Below, piece after piece: positions 58,403-64,000 of a DNA stretch of 64,000 bases. The position numbers and the translations under genes are program-made. Source of the DNA: Candidatus Kerfeldbacteria bacterium (GTDB taxonomy: Bacteria > Patescibacteriota > Patescibacteriia > UBA10025 > JAHIVO01); assembly GCA_047946875.1 (NCBI GenBank), contig CP181398.1, forward strand, positions 143,154-207,153, written 5' to 3'. The notes under the pieces are model-generated. The model was not told where the DNA came from. It searched no databases and worked only from the letters and a program-made list of their open reading frames with translations. How positions within the stretch are numbered: the first letter of the stretch is position 1; the number at the start of each line of letters is the position of its first letter.

Positions 58403-59146
58403 ATGAGAATAAAAACAATAAAAACAAGGTTAGTATGTCCACCAAAGGACGACATATTTGAAGTTATCTCAAGGTCAATCAAAAGGATTTCAGAAGGATC
58501 TATTTTGGTAATTGCATCAAAGATTGTAAGTATTCACCAAGGTAGATGTATCCCAATAGATAAGGTATCTGATAAAGACGAATTAATTAAAAAAGAAGCT
58601 GATAAATATTTATCAAGGAAAGCTGTCCCAAAAGGATATGCTATCTTAACTTATAAAAATAAGCTATTAATTCCATCTGCTGGTATTGATGAATCTAACG
58701 TTGGTGATTATTATTTACTCTGGCCGAATAACTTAAATAAATTTACAAAGGAAATTTATAATTATTTACGTAAGAAATATAAGGTAAAAGATTTTGGCGT
58801 TATTATCTCAGATAGTCATACCGTACCATTACGTAGAGGGGTTATGGGGATTGCGTTATCATATTTTGGTTTTCGACCGCTTAATGATTATAGAGGAAAG
58901 AAAGATTTATTTGGTCGTAAGTTCGAAGTTGCCACTACTAATGTAGTTGACAGTTTGGCAGTAAGTGCAGTATTGGAGATGGGAGAGGGTACAGAACAAA
59001 CACCATTAGCCATGATCACAGAGTTACCATTTGTGAAGTTTAGCGCTAGACCATATAAACCAAAAGATAAAAATAAAAAATTAGAAATTTCATGGAAAGA
59101 AGATTTGTACGGACCATTGTTGAATGCTATTAAATGGAAAAAATAA
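58403..59146 (+). CDS. CofE-like gamma-glutamyl ligase family protein
   Basis: SKIVS..QG, SAGIDESN, ISDSH..PLRRG, DLFGR, MGEG.EQTP. Confidence 0.9.
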   Translation: MRIKTIKTRLVCPPKDDIFEVISRSIKRISEGSILVIASKIVSIHQGRCIPIDKVSDKDELIKKEADKYLSRKAVPKGYAILTYKNKLLIPSAGIDESNVGDYYLLWPNNLNKFTKEIYNYLRKKYKVKDFGVIISDSHTVPLRRGVMGIALSYFGFRPLNDYRGKKDLFGRKFEVATTNVVDSLAVSAVLEMGEGTEQTPLAMITELPFVKFSARPYKPKDKNKKLEISWKEDLYGPLLNAIKWKK

Positions 59147-59147
59147 T

Positions 59148-60005
59148 ATGAGTAATAATAAACCCATAATTCAGTCATCGCAATATAAAGAATCTTTTTT
59201 TGAAAATATTATTAATCATCCTCGAAAATACTTTATAATAATATCAATAATTCTATTAGCAATAATATTTGGGGGCATCTTTTTTGATGCAAATGAATTT
59301 ACTTTTTTTATATTTAAGTATTTATTAAATCCGCTATTATATCTAACCTGTTTTATTACCCTTATTTACATAATTTATAAAAGGATTGGTATAGGGAATA
59401 TTTTGAAACATTGGGCACATTATTATAAATTTGATTTTGCACATGAAAATGTAAAAGAGAAAATTCAACAACGGTTTAATGAGAATTTAAGGAAAGGTTT
59501 TTTTAAAGCCAGATCAAATATTGAAGTATTTTTTTCACAGAAATTTTATATAAATGGTAAATATAAAGATCGTGATATAAAAGTATTTAGTATTATTGGG
59601 AATCCTAGTTTTTTGTCATATAATATTCCAACAATGGGTAATAAAAGAAAGTTTCATGGATATTGTTTTGAGATTTCAATAAGTAAAATTCCAACCCATG
59701 CGTTTATTACAAAAAATTTTTTAGGTGAAAAAGACAAGTTAGATATTGAAAGCAATGAGTTTGAAAAATTATATAACATTGACGTTTCTCGTAAAGGATT
59801 AGTATTACAATTATTAGATCCTGTTATACTAGAATTAATTCTTGATTCAGGTGTTACGGCGATTGAGTTTTCTGAATCAAGTATAATAATATATTCATTT
59901 AAAATATACGATTTAAAATATGAAACACTTGATCATATGTTAGAAAAAGGAATTAAAATTGCTGAACAGGTAGATAGAAATTTTCCATTAAGTAAGTATA
60001 ATTAA
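59148..60005 (+). CDS. Membrane protein, paralog 1 of a DUF3137-like trio
   Basis: Two TM; ES.EFEKLY, LQLLDPV, QVDRNFP C-terminus. Confidence 0.75.
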   Translation: MSNNKPIIQSSQYKESFFENIINHPRKYFIIISIILLAIIFGGIFFDANEFTFFIFKYLLNPLLYLTCFITLIYIIYKRIGIGNILKHWAHYYKFDFAHENVKEKIQQRFNENLRKGFFKARSNIEVFFSQKFYINGKYKDRDIKVFSIIGNPSFLSYNIPTMGNKRKFHGYCFEISISKIPTHAFITKNFLGEKDKLDIESNEFEKLYNIDVSRKGLVLQLLDPVILELILDSGVTAIEFSESSIIIYSFKIYDLKYETLDHMLEKGIKIAEQVDRNFPLSKYN

Positions 60006-60006
60006 T

Positions 60007-60528
60007 ATGCTAATAATAACAAAAAAATTTACGTTAAGACCATTCAAAAAAACTGATGCAAAAGATATTGCTAAGTTTATCAATGACAAAACTATTTATA
60101 TGAATACTCTACATATTCCATATCCATATAGATTAAAAGATGCCAAAGAATGGCTGGCTAAAATTATTCCGCAATACCGGAAAGAAAAATCAAGAAGCTT
60201 TCATCTAGCCATAGAAATTAATAAAGAAGTGGTTGGGTGTGTTGGTTTGATGGAGATACAGGGTGGACATAAAGCAGAGCTAGGTTATTGGCTGGCGCGA
60301 AAACATTGGAAAAAAGGTATAATGAGTGAAGCGGTAAAAGAAATGATTTTGTATGGTTTTAAAAGATTTGTTTTAGTAAGAATTTATGCTCATGTTTTTA
60401 AACATAACAAGTCATCACAAAAGATATTAATTAAAAATGGTTTTAAAAAAGAAGGAATTGCAAAAAAAGGCATTATTAAGGACAGTAAATTTTTAGATGA
60501 AATTTTATTCGCTAAAATTATAAAATAA
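60007..60528 (+). CDS. GNAT N-acetyltransferase (RimJ/RimL family)
   Basis: LRPF...DA, PYPY...DA, AELGYWL...W.KG.MSEA, N.SS.K.L.K.GF. Confidence 0.92.
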   Translation: MLIITKKFTLRPFKKTDAKDIAKFINDKTIYMNTLHIPYPYRLKDAKEWLAKIIPQYRKEKSRSFHLAIEINKEVVGCVGLMEIQGGHKAELGYWLARKHWKKGIMSEAVKEMILYGFKRFVLVRIYAHVFKHNKSSQKILIKNGFKKEGIAKKGIIKDSKFLDEILFAKIIK

Positions 60529-61073
60529 TGGAAATAGAAATAAAAGCACAAGTAAAAAACTTTACTGAGGTAAAAAAGAATCTAAAAAAAATAGGTGCTA
60601 AGTATATTGGTAAAAAAAATCAGATTGATTATTATTATTCACTTTATAAACGCTCAATTGGCAAAAAAAGAGGTAGTGTAATGCGCGTTAGGCATGACAG
60701 AATTATTGGGGAGACTAGGCTAGAGTTTCATAAGCCTAAGAATATTTATGCAGCTGAAGAAATTGAATTAGAGGTACATAGTTTACCAATAGTAAAAAGA
60801 ATACTTAAGGAAATGAAAGCTAAACAAGAATTTGTAATTGATAAAGAGAGGTTGGTATACAGGAAAGGTAAAATAGAAATTGTTTTAGATACTATTAAAG
60901 CCCTTGGCACTTTTGTAGAGGTTGAGATAGAGGGTAGGGATACCAAAAAAAATAGAAAATTGTTATATAAGATGCTTGATCAACTAGGAATAGAAAAAAG
61001 TCAGATATTATTACATGAAAGATATCATGGAATGATATTAAAAAAGAGGGGGATAATGCATGCATATTTTTAA
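60528..61073 (+). CDS. CYTH domain / class IV adenylate cyclase family
   Basis: MEIEIK, Q.D.YY, RVR, K.R..Y, LD....LG.FVEVE. Confidence 0.9.
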   Translation: MEIEIKAQVKNFTEVKKNLKKIGAKYIGKKNQIDYYYSLYKRSIGKKRGSVMRVRHDRIIGETRLEFHKPKNIYAAEEIELEVHSLPIVKRILKEMKAKQEFVIDKERLVYRKGKIEIVLDTIKALGTFVEVEIEGRDTKKNRKLLYKMLDQLGIEKSQILLHERYHGMILKKRGIMHAYF

Positions 61074-61081
61074 ATAGTTAT

Positions 61082-61915
61082 ATGGAAAAGATAAAAAAAC
61101 AAATCGTTTGGGTTGGTCCGTTAATTATTGTTTTATTGGCAGGATTTTTTGGAATGAGCCAATCGGGTTATGAAAGCGATATATTAGGAGTGGTACAATT
61201 AATTTTTGCATTGTTCATTTTATTATTGTTTGCAATAATGATTTTTTCTTTTAGTTCATTTTATTCTTGGAAGACCACAGTCAAAAAATGGGTGAGTGAT
61301 AACAATTTTAATTTAATTGAAGAGGGGAAAAAACTTCAATTGGAGCGCATAAATAGTAATCCAAATAAATCTTATTTTAATACCAGGAATATTAAATTTA
61401 ATATTAATAATAAGTATTTTGTTTTTGGTAATGTAAAAGGTAGGAAAATTTGGTTTTACCCATTTATCGGATACCCTCCACAGGGATCATATTTGCAAAC
61501 TTCAAAAAATCCATTCCATATGATTACAGATACAATATTACCAGTAGATAATTCAGTAGGTCATATTCAAGGTTGGTGTATGGAAATAGAAACAATTAAA
61601 TTACCATTAACTATGGATGTATACAGAACGTATGTAAGGCCAAAGGATGAAATAGATACTGAGAGTAATTCATTTGAAAGACTCTATCATATCGATGTTA
61701 AAAATGGACAAGGAACTTTACAATTACTTGATCCAGTCATGATAGAGATAATTACAAGTTCCAAAATTGTAGCTTATGAATTTTCCGATCGTAGCGTAGC
61801 ATTGTTCTATACTATGCATTCAATAAGTAGAGATAAAATTGATCAGATGTTAAATGTTGGTATTAAAGTAGCGGAGCAAGTAGATCGTAATTTTCCTTTA
61901 GGTAAATATGAATAG
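61082..61915 (+). CDS. Membrane protein, paralog 2
   Basis: Two TM; ESNSFERLY, LQLLDPV, QVDRNFP. Confidence 0.75.
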   Translation: MEKIKKQIVWVGPLIIVLLAGFFGMSQSGYESDILGVVQLIFALFILLLFAIMIFSFSSFYSWKTTVKKWVSDNNFNLIEEGKKLQLERINSNPNKSYFNTRNIKFNINNKYFVFGNVKGRKIWFYPFIGYPPQGSYLQTSKNPFHMITDTILPVDNSVGHIQGWCMEIETIKLPLTMDVYRTYVRPKDEIDTESNSFERLYHIDVKNGQGTLQLLDPVMIEIITSSKIVAYEFSDRSVALFYTMHSISRDKIDQMLNVGIKVAEQVDRNFPLGKYE

Positions 61916-62546
61916 TAATAAAAAAAATTTAGAAAAATGGGCAAAAGACAAAGGGTTAGATTTTTTTGCTATTAATGCAAGGAAACAGATTAAAAATCGT
62001 TTAAAAATGAATCCTAATAAAAATTTTTTTGCCGCGAATGAAATTAGACAAATATTTAATAGGTCTAATGCTGTGATGATACCTGAAAAATATATTGACG
62101 GTCCTTATATTGAGGGATATATCAGAAAAAGGATGATATATATCTACCCAATTAAAGGAGCAATGTTTTTGTCTCATTTTGGTAGTAATTTTATTGGAGT
62201 ATGTTTAGAAATAGGAACAAGTAAAATTCCTGTAAATGCTTTAGTAACGCGAAAATATTTATATGATTTTGATAAGTTAGATACTGAAAGTAGATATTTT
62301 GAAAAGTTATATGATTGCAACATCCAACGGGAAGGAAAAATTTTACAATTATTAGACCCAGTAATGATTGAATTAATAGAATATTCAAGTATCTCTGCAA
62401 TAGAGTTTTCCGATTCAAGTATAGTTTTATATAGTATTATTTTCCCCCCGAAGATAGAAAAAATAAATTATTTAACATATTGGGGAATAAAAATCGCTGA
62501 TCAAGTAGATCGTAATTTTCCTATGAGTAAATATGAAAAAAAATAA
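61908..62546 (+). CDS. Soluble paralog 3 (lacks TM region)
   Basis: ESRYFEKLY, LQLLDPV, QVDRNFP. Confidence 0.75.
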   Translation: MNSNKKNLEKWAKDKGLDFFAINARKQIKNRLKMNPNKNFFAANEIRQIFNRSNAVMIPEKYIDGPYIEGYIRKRMIYIYPIKGAMFLSHFGSNFIGVCLEIGTSKIPVNALVTRKYLYDFDKLDTESRYFEKLYDCNIQREGKILQLLDPVMIELIEYSSISAIEFSDSSIVLYSIIFPPKIEKINYLTYWGIKIADQVDRNFPMSKYEKK

Positions 62547-63039
62547 CCAAAAAATTATAATAGTAGATGAACAAGATAGTATTATAGATTTTAAATATCG
62601 AGAAGTTGTTAGTAAGCAAGATATTTATAGAGTTTCTGCATTATGGATAACAAATTCCAAAAGCGAAATATTGTTAGCACAAAGAGCGTTTAGTAAAAAA
62701 CGTAATCCGGGTCAATGGGGACCAGCCGTTGCTGGAACAAATGATAAGGGAGAGACTTATGAATCTAATATCATTAAAGAAGCGGAAGAAGAAATTGGTT
62801 TAAAAAACTTTGAATACAAAAAAGTTATGAAAGATAGAAGAACGGGTAGACTGGAAGGTTATAATTTTTTTTGTCAGTGGTTTAAGTCTATTATCGATAA
62901 AGATATTAATGAATTTGTTTTACAAGAAGATGAGGTAGAGAAGATAAAATGGTTTACTAAGGATGAAATTAATAATAAAATAGAAAATGACCCAAAAAGT
63001 GTGACTAGTTATATTGATTATTGTATTAATAATTTATGA
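62533..63039 (+). CDS. NUDIX hydrolase (IDI-like)
   Basis: ILLAQR...K..PG.W, AG....GE.Y......EAEEEIG. Confidence 0.9.
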   Translation: MKKNNQKIIIVDEQDSIIDFKYREVVSKQDIYRVSALWITNSKSEILLAQRAFSKKRNPGQWGPAVAGTNDKGETYESNIIKEAEEEIGLKNFEYKKVMKDRRTGRLEGYNFFCQWFKSIIDKDINEFVLQEDEVEKIKWFTKDEINNKIENDPKSVTSYIDYCINNL

Positions 63040-64000
63040 ATAAAAATAATCAAAAAAAAGATTTGTTTGATGATAAGTTGGCTAAAGATATAAAAGCTAA
63101 TGCGCCTTTAGCTGATCGTATTCGCCCAAATAGTCTTGAAGATTTTGTAGGTCAAGAGGATATTATTGGTAAAGGAAAAATACTTCGTAGAGTGATAGAG
63201 AATGATGAAATATTTTCTATAATTTTTTGGGGACCACCAGGATCAGGAAAAACAACTCTTGCTAATATAATTGCTGAGATGACTAAATCTTATTTTGTAA
63301 GTATTAGTGCCGTAACTTCTGGAATTAAAGATTTGAGAGAGGCGGCTAAAGAAGCACAAGATAGGAGAAAGCTTCATAATGAAAGAACTATTCTTTTTGT
63401 AGATGAAATTCATCGATGGAACAAAGCACAGCAGGATGCTTTTTTACCGTACGTAGAGAATGGCACAATTACTTTAATTGGAGCAACAACAGAGAATCCT
63501 TCGTTTGAAATCATCTCTCCATTACTCTCTAGATCAAGGGTTTTTGTGATGAAAAAGCATGGAGTTAAGGAGCTTAGTAAAATCATAAAAAGAGCGATTT
63601 TAGACGATAAATTAGGCCTAGGCATCCATAAGGTGCAGATTGCTCCAAAAGCCCTAGATACGCTAATACAGGCCTCAAACGGGGATGCTAGAACTGCATT
63701 AAACGCCTTAGAAATAGCTGTAAAAGTTACAAAAGCTGATAATAAGGGCATAAAGCATTTGGACCTAAATACTATAGAAGATGCATTGCAACACAAGGCT
63801 TTGCAATATGATAAAAAAGGGGAAGAGCATTATAATGTCATCTCTGCTTTTATCAAATCTATGCGTGGCTCAAATCCTGATGGAGCGTTATATTGGTTGA
63901 ATAGGATGGTAGAAGCAGGGGAGTCGCCTGAGTTTATAGCACGTCGGATGGTTGTATTTGCATCTGAGGATGTTGGTATGGCTGATCCGAAAGCATTACA
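63036..64000 (+). CDS. rarA: Replication-associated recombination protein RarA/MgsA (runs off the window end)
   Basis: PLADRIRP, WGPPGSGKTTLA, VDEIHRWNKAQQD, GATTENPSF, SAFIKSMRGS. Confidence 0.95.
   Translation, partial: MNKNNQKKDLFDDKLAKDIKANAPLADRIRPNSLEDFVGQEDIIGKGKILRRVIENDEIFSIIFWGPPGSGKTTLANIIAEMTKSYFVSISAVTSGIKDLREAAKEAQDRRKLHNERTILFVDEIHRWNKAQQDAFLPYVENGTITLIGATTENPSFEIISPLLSRSRVFVMKKHGVKELSKIIKRAILDDKLGLGIHKVQIAPKALDTLIQASNGDARTALNALEIAVKVTKADNKGIKHLDLNTIEDALQHKALQYDKKGEEHYNVISAFIKSMRGSNPDGALYWLNRMVEAGESPEFIARRMVVFASEDVGMADPKAL

Noticed and set aside
58403-59146. Evidence for coenzyme F420 biosynthesis
   Set aside because: Stand-alone CofE-like ligases occur without other cof genes, and none are present here.
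63410-63796. 128-aa minus-strand ORF
   Set aside because: Antisense to rarA, which the track missed because it lacks a stop in the window.
1-64000. CRISPR array or cas genes
   Set aside because: No regularly spaced repeat-spacer series; repeats are dispersed or paired.
1-64000. Alternative genetic code (TGA=Gly, as in Gracilibacteria)
   Set aside because: Long genes are intact under code 11 and TGA ends genes at sensible positions (20347, 63039).

Overview
AT-rich chromosomal window using genetic code 11, most likely from a Patescibacteria/CPR (Parcubacteria-like) bacterium. This is inferred from gene style: short HrcA, orphan VirD4-like ATPase, Cys-rich anchored surface proteins, and core genes lacking Shine-Dalgarno sites. 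Core content: CIRCE-hrcA-grpE-hsp20-dnaK, dnaJ about 10 kb downstream, dnaX, tRNA-Gln(CTG), DEAD helicase, NitT/TauT ABC transporter, recX, greA-family factor, truB, a purine interconversion cluster (guaB, deaminase, guaA, purA, purB) and a truncated rarA. No CRISPR array, integrase, transposase or reverse transcriptase is visible. The most unusual signals lie between and inside genes. (1) A family of TGTCA...TGACA double-hairpin elements, one abutting a small GIY-YIG nuclease gene. (2) Tiny GC-rich palindromes nested inside those elements and inside split copies of the tRNA, plus repeat units in frame in dnaK and a phosphatase. (3) Accessory genes bracketed by 26-75 bp direct duplications. 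(4) A 500-bp ORF-less, hairpin-rich region closed by a perfect 16-bp inverted repeat. Product calls come from motif recognition only; no database search was run.
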